From a virus (taxonomy: Duplodnaviria; Heunggongvirae; Uroviricota; Caudoviricetes), in the IMG/VR virus record IMGVR_UViG_3300046523_000117: a DNA stretch of 53,127 nt; one strand, 5' to 3'. Shown one piece after another: positions 1 to 9,257 of the stretch (its first letter is position 1; every line of letters starts with the position of its first letter). The translations under genes were made by a program, and so were the position numbers. A model generated the notes under the pieces. That model searched no databases, was not told where the DNA came from, and saw only the letters and a program-made list of their open reading frames with translations.

Positions 1-288
1 CGAAATCGTTGATGCGAACTTGGTTACATCATTTCGAAATACGTCAATACCGGACTCTTTAGAGGCGTTGATGAACAACACATCGGCATCGAGTTCGTTG
101 CAGATAGCTTGGGCTACCGTCGTTTTTCCTGTGCCGGGGTTGCAGCTAGCGAGAATCATGTTTTTGATTTCGCCGCCAGCAACCATCGCTTTAAAATCCG
201 ATTTCATCTGTTCGGGCAGAATGCATTCATCCAGCGTTTGGGGACGATATTTCGTCTCCCAAAGCCAGTCTCTCGGATTAACGCTCAT
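1..288 (-). CDS. gp44: Clamp loader AAA+ subunit, N-terminal part (runs off window)
   Basis: Manual translation MSVNPRDWLWETKYRPQTLDECILP...PGTGKTT...INAS; WxxKYRP RFC box and Walker A; directly downstream of gp45 as in T4. Confidence 0.95.
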   Translation of the reverse strand, partial: MSVNPRDWLWETKYRPQTLDECILPEQMKSDFKAMVAGGEIKNMILASCNPGTGKTTVAQAICNELDADVLFINASKESGIDVFRNDVTKFASTIS

Positions 289-959
289 TATTCAGCCTTG
301 ATGAAGGTACTGGTCTTGTCCAGACCGACATAGTATTCGATGTCGGTTGCTTCAAATTTGGTGATCAGCTTGTACGAAACACCAACCTTGTAGTCCGCAC
401 GGACCATTTTGAGTAGGTCTACCGGGACTTGTAGGTCGTAGGTATGGCCGCTCAAATCAGTGCCTACAATGACGCTATAGGCGTTGCTGTTCGGGTTCTT
501 CGGATCAATCGCTTTCAGAACGATTTCGTCCTTGTCGTTGCGGGTGATCGTCAGTGTTGACAGGCTCAGTGTTGAAGCTGCCTTCATGATCTTTTCAAAT
601 GTGTCTTTGGTAAGATCAAATTCGATATCAGCACCGGGGAAAACCACTTTCTTCGACGGACTAACAATTACATCTTTTTCAGAGTAACCGTAGGTACACT
701 TCGATGTACCACCAGTGATGGAGGCGAATTCAGTTCCGAATGCGATATCCACATTGTCGAACAGGTTGATGGTCGAAATGAAGTTGTTCAAGTCGTAGAT
801 GCCGCATTCGACCGGGAAGTCTTCTGGAACTTTGGCATACGCGATTACAGATTTGTGGTTGTTCATGGTGCTGATTTCGTTACCAACACGCAGGACAATT
901 GATGGATTGATGCCACTGAAATTTTTCAGGGTATCAAGGGTGGCTTTACTGATTTGCAT
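288..959 (-). CDS. gp45: Sliding clamp
   Basis: MQISKATLDTLKNFSGINPSI...GIYDLNNF matches T4 gp45 N-terminus; synteny. Confidence 0.95.
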   Translation of the reverse strand: MQISKATLDTLKNFSGINPSIVLRVGNEISTMNNHKSVIAYAKVPEDFPVECGIYDLNNFISTINLFDNVDIAFGTEFASITGGTSKCTYGYSEKDVIVSPSKKVVFPGADIEFDLTKDTFEKIMKAASTLSLSTLTITRNDKDEIVLKAIDPKNPNSNAYSVIVGTDLSGHTYDLQVPVDLLKMVRADYKVGVSYKLITKFEATDIEYYVGLDKTSTFIKAE

Positions 960-1339
960 TATTCGGTAGCACTCTCAACGGGTGGGGCGACAGGTTTGGG
1001 TTTGGTCAGGGCTTTAAAGTCCAGCTCAGCGATTACATCAAATGCTACACCTGACAGTCTCAGGTCGGTTGGCAGTTGGTCTTTCGACTGGCGGATTGGA
1101 CCGTAGCCTTTAACGTGGATGGTGAACAGGTCTTCGTTCGCCTTGGTAATGGTTTCCAAGTAACGGGTCTTCACCAGTTCATCGATAGCCTTGTAGACTT
1201 CGAATCGTTGGGCCTTGACCATCCCACCGACATTGGTTTTCTTGTCACCGCGCAGCATGAACAACTGGTCTTCGGTCAGTTTCTCGACCCAAGCGGCACG
1301 CACGGCGATATCGTGTTCAAACATTTGGCTATTGCTCAT
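959..1339 (-). CDS. rpbA: RNA polymerase-binding protein RpbA-like
   Basis: VRAAWVEKL / VYKAIDELV / DLRL resemble T4 RpbA motifs; position between gp46 and gp45; start placed at MSNSQ. Confidence 0.7.
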   Translation of the reverse strand: MSNSQMFEHDIAVRAAWVEKLTEDQLFMLRGDKKTNVGGMVKAQRFEVYKAIDELVKTRYLETITKANEDLFTIHVKGYGPIRQSKDQLPTDLRLSGVAFDVIAELDFKALTKPKPVAPPVESATE

Positions 1340-1389
1340 TACTAAAATCCTCACAAGAACAGTTGGTTACGGCTGGGTTATGTGATGAA

Positions 1390-1420
1390 TCATACACCGT
1401 AACCACCTGTTTCTAAACAC
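1390..1420 (-). promoter_or_regulatory. Phage sigma70-type promoter (GTTTAGA ... TATGAT)
   Basis: Member of a recurring TGTTTAGA-N17-TAnnnT motif. Confidence 0.7.
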
Positions 1421-1431
1421 AATCAGTTATT

Positions 1432-3141
1432 TTATTTCGATTCTTCAATTTCGGAAAAGCGTCCGACCAAGCGCACGTCGATTCGTCGGTCAAAGTCCAT
1501 CGCATCTAGCTTTTCGTTGTGACTTATGATAAAGACAGATTCCTTGATTCGATCCAGAATCTCTACCAGACACTCAATACCATCGGTATCGGCTGCCGAG
1601 TCCATGACTTCATCCATTACCATCAGGTTCAACATCGAGCCTGTACGTTGATGGATCAAATCCCGCCATGCGAACAGAATCGCAAGGTCGATTCGGAATT
1701 TCTGACCCTGACTAAAGCTGTTATAGCTAAAGCTCTCCATCCCACGGGTCTTGATGGTTTCATTAAATTCTGAATCCAGCTCGAAGCTATAAGGAGCGCC
1801 GAAATCAGCCAGATATTTGTTGATCAGATCATTGACAACCGGGATGAATTGGTTTATGACAACCGATTTCACGCCTGTATCTTTCAGCATGGCCGTAATA
1901 ACAGCATGGCAATACTTATCGTTGACCAAATCGTCTCGTTGCTCGCGTAGCTGCTCACGCTTGGTTTTCAGGGCTACCAGAACTGCGGAGTTGTCTTTGA
2001 ATTCCTTGCCACGGATCTTTTCGATTTCCAATTTGATGGATTCGATCTGAGATTCGTACTGGCGGATATTCGCTGATTCCACAGCCAAGGTCTGTTTGAA
2101 GTCCCCAAGTTTGGATTGAATCAATTCATCGCGGGTTTGAATCTTTCTGTGTGCGTCACATTCTTCATTGACAGTTGAGATTTTGAACCCCAAATCATCA
2201 ATTTCCATATCCAACGCAAAGATTTTCTTGTTGCGGAAGTCTTCGGCAATTGCTTGAGTACATACCGGGCAATTTGTGTTATCCGATAAGAATTGCTGCA
2301 TCTTGCGGGCGGTGCCCATTTGTGCGCTCAAATTACCAGACTGTACCGAAAGCTGACCGATTTTGGTTCGATGGCTACCATCCGATGTTGCCGCTTCCAA
2401 TTTCTCTACAGAAGCCTTCGCATTCGAAACCTTGATCTTGGAACCACCCAGCTTTTGATCCAACTCCGACTGTCTATCGTTCAACTCGACAATCTTGGCG
2501 TCAGCTTGATCCTTCGATTCAGCCTGTTGACGCTCAAGCAATTGATTCTTCTGTTCCAGCAAGTCAATGTTGTGGTCAGCTTGGGTAATGCTGTTCTGAA
2601 TCGTCGCGATCAGTTCCTTGTTATCGGCGGTCATCTTACTGAATAGATGCAGCTCTAGGAGGTCTTCAACGACGGTACGGCGGTCGGCAGTCTTCATCTG
2701 CATGAATGGGGTAAACCCGGCTGTACCGAGTACCACAAGCTGTTTGAAGGTCTTGTAGGACATGCCTAGAATCGACTTCTCTAGGTAGGTCTGGTAGTCG
2801 CCAACGGCAGCGTCTTCCGGGATCAAAATCCCTTCTTTGTAGATTTGGAACAGATTCGGGCCGATACCACGGCGAATTTCGAATTCTGTCTTGCCGATAC
2901 TAAACCACAGGTTGACAACCAAACCTTTTTTGTTGAAGGTATTGACCAATTGTGGCTTATTGATATCACGATACGGTTTGCCGTATAATGCAAACGCCAA
3001 CGATTCGACCAGAATGGTTGACTTACCTGAGCCGTTCCGACCGGAAATCAGGGTTTTCTTATGGGAATCCAACTGAATCACAATCGGTTTGTTACCAACC
3101 GACATGATGTTCTTGGCTTCGAGCTTAGTGAATTTGATCAT
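1432..3141 (-). CDS. gp46: Recombination endonuclease subunit, Rad50/SbcC-like ATPase
   Basis: Walker A GRNGSGKS, CPVC zinc hook, FSQGQ signature, MDE Walker B, coiled coil. Confidence 0.97.
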   Translation of the reverse strand: MIKFTKLEAKNIMSVGNKPIVIQLDSHKKTLISGRNGSGKSTILVESLAFALYGKPYRDINKPQLVNTFNKKGLVVNLWFSIGKTEFEIRRGIGPNLFQIYKEGILIPEDAAVGDYQTYLEKSILGMSYKTFKQLVVLGTAGFTPFMQMKTADRRTVVEDLLELHLFSKMTADNKELIATIQNSITQADHNIDLLEQKNQLLERQQAESKDQADAKIVELNDRQSELDQKLGGSKIKVSNAKASVEKLEAATSDGSHRTKIGQLSVQSGNLSAQMGTARKMQQFLSDNTNCPVCTQAIAEDFRNKKIFALDMEIDDLGFKISTVNEECDAHRKIQTRDELIQSKLGDFKQTLAVESANIRQYESQIESIKLEIEKIRGKEFKDNSAVLVALKTKREQLREQRDDLVNDKYCHAVITAMLKDTGVKSVVINQFIPVVNDLINKYLADFGAPYSFELDSEFNETIKTRGMESFSYNSFSQGQKFRIDLAILFAWRDLIHQRTGSMLNLMVMDEVMDSAADTDGIECLVEILDRIKESVFIISHNEKLDAMDFDRRIDVRLVGRFSEIEESK

Positions 3142-4175
3142 TTCTGTGCGTCTGCTAGTAGTCCGGCCATGATACGTTTGATTTTATTCTTATCCGCATC
3201 GGTTTCTTCCAATGCATCAATATATTCTTCAACGATTTCATCAACGGTACGGATGGCAGACACGGTGATTTTACCCGAGGCTGTAGCCTGACTCACATCG
3301 ATTCGATCAATTACAGAGATTTCATGCGCAACCGCTGCGATTGCTTCAACGATCTTTTCGAACTTCTTCACATCACCGCGATTTTTGACGGTAATCTTGA
3401 TGTTCATCCCGGCGTAGCGTTCCAGTTTTTTTGCATCAAAAGTGTCTGCATCGAAGTAGATACGGCTAAACTTCGGCATGTTATTTGATACAAACTCAAA
3501 GCTGCTATCGTCAGTGTCAAAGATCCAAACCCCGCGTTCATCATCCGCATCACCATAGGTCAACTGGTAAGGAGTGCCGATGTACTGGATGTGATTGTTC
3601 TTCGAAATGGTGTGGAAGTGACCAGACCAGACCTGAGAATAGTTATTCAGGAACTTTGATGATTCACCAGAAGACTCAATGCCCTTGTAATACTGGAACC
3701 CAGACAGCTCAAAGTGTCCGAGGCAAAGATTACTGGCACTGGAATTGATGAATTCCATGATTTCTTGGCGGTTGTCCCGGCAGATCCACGGAATCATGTC
3801 GATAGCAATTCCATCAATTGTCACAGCTTTCGGGCTGTTGTAAACCGTGAAATTGTCGTATTGAGACAGAAGCTCTTGAACCGAGTTCGGGAATATGTTT
3901 TCCCGTAGGTGCATATCATGGTTACCCACGATCACATGCCATTCCTGACCTTTGGTCTTCGGAATAAAATACTCGCGAACCAATTCCATCGTATCGTGAC
4001 GGATTGCCTTCCGGGAGTCGAAGAAATCCCCGGACTGGAATATGTGTTTGATCTTGTGCTTCTTGATCAGCGGAAAGATGAATTGATCAAATACCTGCAT
4101 CTGGTATTCGGCAGTCTCTTTATCGCCGTTGCGGTGACCGAAATGTAAGTCACCGATGAACAGAATTTTTGCCAT
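3138..4175 (-). CDS. gp47: Recombination endonuclease subunit, Mre11/SbcD-like
   Basis: GDLHFG, GDFFD, GNHD, GHFH phosphoesterase motifs; adjacent to gp46. Confidence 0.97.
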   Translation of the reverse strand: MAKILFIGDLHFGHRNGDKETAEYQMQVFDQFIFPLIKKHKIKHIFQSGDFFDSRKAIRHDTMELVREYFIPKTKGQEWHVIVGNHDMHLRENIFPNSVQELLSQYDNFTVYNSPKAVTIDGIAIDMIPWICRDNRQEIMEFINSSASNLCLGHFELSGFQYYKGIESSGESSKFLNNYSQVWSGHFHTISKNNHIQYIGTPYQLTYGDADDERGVWIFDTDDSSFEFVSNNMPKFSRIYFDADTFDAKKLERYAGMNIKITVKNRGDVKKFEKIVEAIAAVAHEISVIDRIDVSQATASGKITVSAIRTVDEIVEEYIDALEETDADKNKIKRIMAGLLADAQK

Positions 4176-4681
4176 TAAACTAAAAACTCACTTAATCCAA
4201 TTGACTCGTCCGTTTCGGGCTCGTCCTTGTCTTTGTTATAGGAGAACGGATCACCCTTGAGCTTTTCGCCCATATCGCGGTAGAACGAATAATCGAACTG
4301 CATCGGGTTGCCGTCTTCATCAAATTCCTCAAGGTCTGGGATAGCCTCAAGGTAATACCGGTACTTGACTTTCAGTTGCTTGTTTTCTTTCTTCAATCTA
4401 TTGATGAAAGCTCGCTCACACGTCTTTGTAATATAGGCATGAACGTTTTTGTATTGGGTATCGTATTTGTGCAGGTATCGGCAGCAAATTTCAATTGCAT
4501 CGCCTTCCATTTCCTGCTTCCAAGTATAATTCTGAAACTTCCATAACTTGGTCAATCCATTCGCGATTGATAGAATTGCGTTTGCAATAAACGGGCTCAT
4601 TTCGGCATCCGGGTTTATTGCACGTCTTTCCTGCCACGCAACCATTTCGGCATAAAGTATTTTATTGTCAACGTAGCTCAT
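4175..4681 (-). CDS. gp55: Late transcription sigma factor
   Basis: YVDNKILY..., F.NYTWKQEM.GDAI, HAYIT..C..AF typical of gp55. Confidence 0.93.
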   Translation of the reverse strand: MSYVDNKILYAEMVAWQERRAINPDAEMSPFIANAILSIANGLTKLWKFQNYTWKQEMEGDAIEICCRYLHKYDTQYKNVHAYITKTCERAFINRLKKENKQLKVKYRYYLEAIPDLEEFDEDGNPMQFDYSFYRDMGEKLKGDPFSYNKDKDEPETDESIGLSEFLV

Positions 4682-4715
4682 TACGGCTCTCAAGATTTCG
4701 GGGTGTATACCACAT

Positions 4716-4747
4716 ATAGTACCACAGTTTCAACCCATTCTAAACAG
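4716..4747 (-). promoter_or_regulatory. Phage sigma70-type promoter for gp55-47-46
   Basis: CTGTTTAGA-N17-TACTAT. Confidence 0.7.
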
Positions 4748-4752
4748 AATGC

Positions 4753-4789
4753 AAAAAGGCCAGATTCAATCGAAACTGAATCTGGCCTT
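4753..4789 (-). terminator. Rho-independent terminator
   Basis: AAGGCCAGATTCA / TGAATCTGGCCTT stem followed by T run on minus strand. Confidence 0.8.
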
Positions 4790-4805
4790 ATGTACCCACA
4801 GCACG

Positions 4806-5081
4806 CTATGGGGTTTTGAATATTTCAAAGTTTTTATAGAATTCTTCGATTTTCATATCAAAGGTTCCAAAGGGTTCTTTGGTTTCAACCTCAAAGGTTC
4901 GCACCCGCATGTTCCCTGTTTCAATCGATAGGGTAAGCACCTGAGCCAGCAACCGTTTGGAACCCACCGGGACATGTGCCCATGTGTTGTCTTCTCGCTG
5001 TTGCCACTCCAAAACGGTTCTATCAAATTCGAACCAGTAAGGCGAATCTACCCGACCGCTTCGATTCATTACACCATTCAT
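4806..5081 (-). CDS. Hypothetical protein
   Basis: ORF in operon context, overlaps the upstream ORF by 4 nt; ends in TAG. Confidence 0.65.
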   Translation of the reverse strand: MNGVMNRSGRVDSPYWFEFDRTVLEWQQREDNTWAHVPVGSKRLLAQVLTLSIETGNMRVRTFEVETKEPFGTFDMKIEEFYKNFEIFKTP

Positions 5082-5509
5082 AGCGTTACAATCTTTCCTG
5101 CTCTGATCGGTACTCGACCTTCACCCAGCACAACCATTTGGTATCGGTTATCCCCGAGTTCTATCAATTCTTTCCAATAGGGTTTCCACGGTCCAGTTAC
5201 AAGGAGCGTCCAACATCCATCGCTCTTTGTAATTCGATGATATTCATCCCTTGGGATATAGATCAATCGATTTCTGTTCCGATTAAGCTTTACAATCTTT
5301 TGATCAATTATGATTTCTTCGACGTAATTGCCCTTGAGCAACAGACTGAATGCCCCAAATGAATGGGTGTGAAATCTATCTTGACCACCAGATGTTTGAT
5401 GGAACTGGAATAGTTTGATGCTAAAAAGCTTCTTCCATTCCAGTATCGTTAACTCGGTGACGTTTTGATCACCTAAATTAATCGATTTTCGTTTCCAAAA
5501 TACCATCAT
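5078..5509 (-). CDS. Cupin-fold protein
   Basis: FHTHSF...GNYVEE...EYHRI metal-binding cupin-like motifs. Confidence 0.65.
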   Translation of the reverse strand: MMVFWKRKSINLGDQNVTELTILEWKKLFSIKLFQFHQTSGGQDRFHTHSFGAFSLLLKGNYVEEIIIDQKIVKLNRNRNRLIYIPRDEYHRITKSDGCWTLLVTGPWKPYWKELIELGDNRYQMVVLGEGRVPIRAGKIVTL

Positions 5510-5520
5510 TCATCCTTGGT

Positions 5521-5606
5521 TGGTGCCCGTGGCGGGAGTCGAACCCGCATGACCGTAGGGCCGGCGCATTTTAAGTGCGATGTGTATACCGTTCCACCAC
5601 ACGGGC
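5521..5606 (-). tRNA. tRNA-Leu(UAA)
   Basis: Cloverleaf, loop CU-UAA-AA, long variable arm, encoded CCA. Confidence 0.95.
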
Positions 5607-5612
5607 TTAATT

Positions 5613-5697
5613 TGGAGTCTGGTAACAGATTCGAACTGTTGTACCTTTCGGTTTAACGGATTTGCAATCCGCCGCCTAACCACTCGGCCAACCAGAC
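5613..5697 (-). tRNA. tRNA-Cys(GCA), with enlarged variable arm
   Basis: Loop UU-GCA-AA, U73 discriminator, CCA. Confidence 0.9.
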
Positions 5698-6147
5698 TTA
5701 TTTAATCAAAATCTCAAGCACGCCTTTAGCATGTCGGATATGATTTCCGCGAATCAAAGTGATTGCGGTTTGCTTCAAAATCTGCTCAGCGGACTTTGAA
5801 GGCTTGAGAATCTTTGCATCAATCTTGTTCAAGATGTCATCAAGTTCACGATCCGTTTCTTTGAAGTTTTTGCCGTTGATCATACGAGCAATGTCGCACT
5901 GACCATGACGGATCGCCAAGTTGTTATCCAGATGCGCGAACGCAGTGAACCGTTCTGTATCAAGGACGTAAAACGGTTCCGCAATCCTAACCTGCGGGTC
6001 ATATCTGAACTTATCGTAACAGAAATCACACACAGCTTTTGCTTCACCCAACCCAACCCTAGTTTGTTCACGGAATCGTTTGATCCAATGAATTTTACCA
6101 GACCAATCACCACGATCATTACGGAAATTCTTGACTTCAATCAACAT
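5698..6147 (-). CDS. Protein with ribosomal bL12 C-terminal-like motif
   Basis: KIHWIKRFREQTRVGLGEAKAVCD resembles the L7/L12 CTD pattern KI.VIK.VRE.TG.GLKEAK..VE. Confidence 0.55.
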   Translation of the reverse strand: MLIEVKNFRNDRGDWSGKIHWIKRFREQTRVGLGEAKAVCDFCYDKFRYDPQVRIAEPFYVLDTERFTAFAHLDNNLAIRHGQCDIARMINGKNFKETDRELDDILNKIDAKILKPSKSAEQILKQTAITLIRGNHIRHAKGVLEILIK

Positions 6148-6159
6148 AATCTATTTATC

Positions 6160-6384
6160 TCAAATTCGTTCCAAGAAGATTTCCTCTTGGTGACGGTAAA
6201 CATTATCGGTGTAGATATCCGCCAGTTCCTTACGCAGTGCGACTCGGAGGACGATATTCTTTGAAGTACCCACGATAGCATAAGCTCCACGGGACAATCC
6301 ACCATTTAATTTCGAACCCCTGATAAATTGCATTTTGATACATTCCATTTCTGGAAAATACTTTGATACAATCCATTCCATCAA
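6160..6384 (-). CDS. Hypothetical protein
   Basis: ORF co-oriented with neighbours. Confidence 0.5.
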   Translation of the reverse strand: MMEWIVSKYFPEMECIKMQFIRGSKLNGGLSRGAYAIVGTSKNIVLRVALRKELADIYTDNVYRHQEEIFLERI

Positions 6385-6501
6385 ACTGCGACTAAACGAG
6401 ACGCGGTGTAATTTGTTGGTCTTGGGGTCAAAGACCCCATATACCAGATCAGAAGATTTGCAATTACAGCTAATGTTCTATTCTTTCATCATTCTATCCA
6501 A

Positions 6502-7782
6502 TTAGACGACTTTAACAGCGGTCATTTGACCAACTTTGACAACACCACCGATTGGTAGGTTCTGGCAACCAAAAATTACAACCCGTGCTTCAATGGAGGT
6601 TTCAGTTCCATCCAAAGTCAGGATTGGACTTTCGAAAGATGCAACAAGCGATTCACCAGACATCGAAAATGCTTCGGTGTATCTATCGTTGGTTTTCGAG
6701 TAATACGTTGTAGACGCACGAACAAATCGAATTTCCAATGCAACCCCAGCAACGTTTACCAAGTTAGCATGAGCAATTCTAGCCACAGCCTTGATTTTGT
6801 TGCCGGATGCAACGTTAGCCAGCGTAATGGTTTGAGAGAATACTAAGGTCGATCCTGTAGCGGTTGGAGTACCACCCAAGGTCAATACCTGATATTCACC
6901 ACCGGTCGGGTTGGCTTCTTTCGAAAGAGCAACCGTTGCACCAGTCCATGCAGAACCAGAACATGACCAACCATCGGCCAATTGACCTGTAGCGTTAGCA
7001 GATCCAGTCGGGACACCCGCTGTACCGGTACACAATGGGTTAGTGGTTAACTGACCATATTTATTGTTTACAGCCTCATACGGCGAAGCAAATGTTGGGA
7101 GCAACAGTTTCGCCGGGAACAAATCGATCAGTTGTGCAGCAATGTGTTTACCCATGATACGGGCACCGTCCGGGGATGGGTGTAAACCGTCAATGGTCAC
7201 GTTAGCTTTTGGCAAACCTGCGGCAGCTTCGGCTGGGACACTACTAATCAGTTCCGGCCAAGGATCAGCCACACGTACCCCAATAGTTGGGAAGTAGGAT
7301 TTGATCCAATCGCGTACAGCCAAATGGTTTGTTAGGTTAGTACCTGTTAGTGCGTTTGCCCCGCCGCGTGGAGTTTCGGCCACGATGATCGGGATACAGC
7401 CTGCTTCGAGTTGCGCACGGATACCGGCATCTATGTTGTTTTTGGTAACTTCGAGACTTAATCCAGCTCCACGATCATTGGTACTGATCAGGTTGACGAT
7501 TACTTTACCGCCGTATGCAAGAACTGTTGGTAGTCTAGCCAGCCACTGAGCGGATGTATCACCACCAACCCCGCCATTTCTGGCTTTGGTTGTGCGTACT
7601 CGGCTATCGGCATAAAGAGCCATCCACGCAGCATAACCGTAGTTTTCTACGTTTTCACCAGCGGTAACCGTACCGTGACAGTTTGCAGTTCGGCTATCAC
7701 CGTAAATGGTGACATGACGATCTAAGGGGATGAACGGCGAAGCGCTTCTAACACCCTTTAGGTTAATTGATTGAATACCCAT
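6502..7782 (-). CDS. SGNH/GDSL hydrolase with C-terminal beta-sandwich (putative polysaccharide esterase)
   Basis: Blocks GDS (YGDSRT), G (GVGGDT), N (STND), DxxH (DGLHP). Confidence 0.85.
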   Translation of the reverse strand: MGIQSINLKGVRSASPFIPLDRHVTIYGDSRTANCHGTVTAGENVENYGYAAWMALYADSRVRTTKARNGGVGGDTSAQWLARLPTVLAYGGKVIVNLISTNDRGAGLSLEVTKNNIDAGIRAQLEAGCIPIIVAETPRGGANALTGTNLTNHLAVRDWIKSYFPTIGVRVADPWPELISSVPAEAAAGLPKANVTIDGLHPSPDGARIMGKHIAAQLIDLFPAKLLLPTFASPYEAVNNKYGQLTTNPLCTGTAGVPTGSANATGQLADGWSCSGSAWTGATVALSKEANPTGGEYQVLTLGGTPTATGSTLVFSQTITLANVASGNKIKAVARIAHANLVNVAGVALEIRFVRASTTYYSKTNDRYTEAFSMSGESLVASFESPILTLDGTETSIEARVVIFGCQNLPIGGVVKVGQMTAVKVV

Positions 7783-8045
7783 TATGCGGCCTGTACTGAT
7801 AGACGACCATTACCTTTCACCCAGATTTTAGGATCACCCAGACCCAATTGATACAAATCAAAGGCTTTTAGTGTGAACCCATCCTGAGAATCAACGGCTG
7901 GTTGTGTATCTGAAAATTGAACTTGAAAAGTGTAATTATTCTTAAACTGCATTGTAACGGCAGATCCAACAGGAATGCCGGTAGCTGTATTGATGTCTTG
8001 AAAGGTTTTACCGTCAAGAATGACATCAGGAAGTGTTTGACCCAT
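7782..8045 (-). CDS. Small hypothetical beta-rich protein
   Basis: ORF translationally coupled to the SGNH gene. Confidence 0.7.
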   Translation of the reverse strand: MGQTLPDVILDGKTFQDINTATGIPVGSAVTMQFKNNYTFQVQFSDTQPAVDSQDGFTLKAFDLYQLGLGDPKIWVKGNGRLSVQAA

Positions 8046-8094
8046 TTTATTGATACCTAGTGTTTGATCATTATTGACCTATAACACTATTTAG

Positions 8095-8376
8095 TTACCA
8101 ATAAAATTTGGGTACGCTAACGAAACGATTCCCCACCAACCACCCTGCTTGGTTTCGGATCATATGCACGATAACGTATTGCCAGAGTTTAACCATAGTA
8201 AAACCCGCACCGGGTCTATCTGGATTCAAGAAATAGAATTCAGTATATTCCTCAGTCGCAATGTAGAACGAAACCGAGACGAGTATCCCATCTACAAGGA
8301 ATCGATTACCAGCTCTGGATATCAATACAATTGTCAAATCATCAAACGTACTTGCAGCACTTCTTTGATAGTTCAT
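8095..8376 (-). CDS. Hypothetical protein
   Basis: ORF with upstream GAG RBS. Confidence 0.55.
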   Translation of the reverse strand: MNYQRSAASTFDDLTIVLISRAGNRFLVDGILVSVSFYIATEEYTEFYFLNPDRPGAGFTMVKLWQYVIVHMIRNQAGWLVGNRFVSVPKFYW

Positions 8377-8392
8377 GTGTTACTCACAAAAT

Positions 8393-8469
8393 TGGTGCAG
8401 TTAACGGGATTCGAACCCGTGTATGAGGAATTTAGAGTTCCCTGCTTTGCCAGACTTAGCTATAACTGC
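8393..8469 (-). tRNA. Amber suppressor tRNA (anticodon CUA)
   Basis: Full cloverleaf GCAGUUA/UAACUGC-ACCA, anticodon arm GGGAA-CUCUAAA-UUCCU. Confidence 0.88.
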
Positions 8470-8474
8470 TTTAA

Positions 8475-8599
8475 CAGGATGGAATTTTATCTACGCGCGT
8501 CTACCAATTCCGCCAACCCGACTCATTGTGCCGGGTGAGGGACTTGAACCCCCAATGTACGTCCGCCAAATGGAATGATTAAATTGCTGTTACCATCCT
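8475..8599 (-). ncRNA. Y-RNA-like RNA 1 (ACAGCA family) with permuted tRNA domain
   Basis: AGGAUGG/CCAUCCU terminal helix + ACAGCA; inside, T arm (GGGGGUUCAAGUCCCUC), then closed acceptor-like hairpin, then D arm (UGGCGGAAUUGGUAGACGC), the YrlA order. Confidence 0.8.
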
Positions 8600-8624
8600 A
8601 AAACTTTTTACATCAAAATCTTTA

Positions 8625-8781
8625 CTGGATACCGCCCGATTCACGCCGGGGGTTGTGGTCGCTGTCCTACCATTAGACCAACTGTCCCGTTCTCCATTGC
8701 GACTTAACACGTAGGCGGGCACAGTATCGGAATCGAACCGATATTAGCGACTTGAGGCTGAAATGATGCTGTCAGTATCCA
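8625..8781 (-). ncRNA. Y-RNA-like RNA 2 (ACAGCA family) with permuted tRNA domain
   Basis: UGGAUAC/GUAUCCA helix + ACAGCA; T arm AUCGGUUCGAUUCCGAU precedes acceptor-like stem and D arm UGGUCUAAUGGUAGGAC. Confidence 0.8.
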
Positions 8782-8889
8782 AAACTAAATGATGCAACGA
8801 CAATGCCATGTTCGAGGGGTGGTTTCACCTTCCCGGTCCCATTCATGGCTTTACAGGCCACTAGGCCAGCGTGAATGCATCAAAATCTT

Positions 8890-9084
8890 TTAATCCCAAC
8901 CCCAGTACCACTTCGCATATGCAGAAGCTTTCACAGGGTCATCAAACAATTTACCGAGAACCACCTTACGAGGATTTGGATTCGGTCTGACTCGCGATGT
9001 ATTACCAAACACAACAAACATCCTAGCGTAACGAATAGTTCCACCGGGACCAGCTTTTCGTGCCATAAAAAGGTCGATCATCAC
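8890..9084 (-). CDS. Hypothetical protein
   Basis: ORF with AGGA RBS. Confidence 0.55.
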   Translation of the reverse strand: MMIDLFMARKAGPGGTIRYARMFVVFGNTSRVRPNPNPRKVVLGKLFDDPVKASAYAKWYWGWD

Positions 9085-9097
9085 GATTCCTTAAATT

Positions 9098-9172
9098 TGG
9101 GGTGAACTGGAGATTCGAACTCCAACAACCGGGTCACAACCGGAAGACTGTATCCAGACAGTACGGGTCCAC
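9098..9172 (-). tRNA. tRNA-His(GUG), atypical D arm
   Basis: Loop UU-GUG-AC, C73 discriminator, T arm UUCGAAU, CCA. Confidence 0.75.
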
Positions 9173-9223
9173 TATTAAGCATTTGTTTCTGTTTCAAGTC
9201 TCGGTTGCCGTTGACTTGAAACA

Positions 9224-9255
9224 AATATACCACTGTTTTGGGTGTTTCTAAACAC
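9224..9255 (-). promoter_or_regulatory. Phage sigma70-type promoter
   Basis: GTGTTTAGA-N17-TATATT. Confidence 0.7.
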
Positions 9256-9257
9256 AA

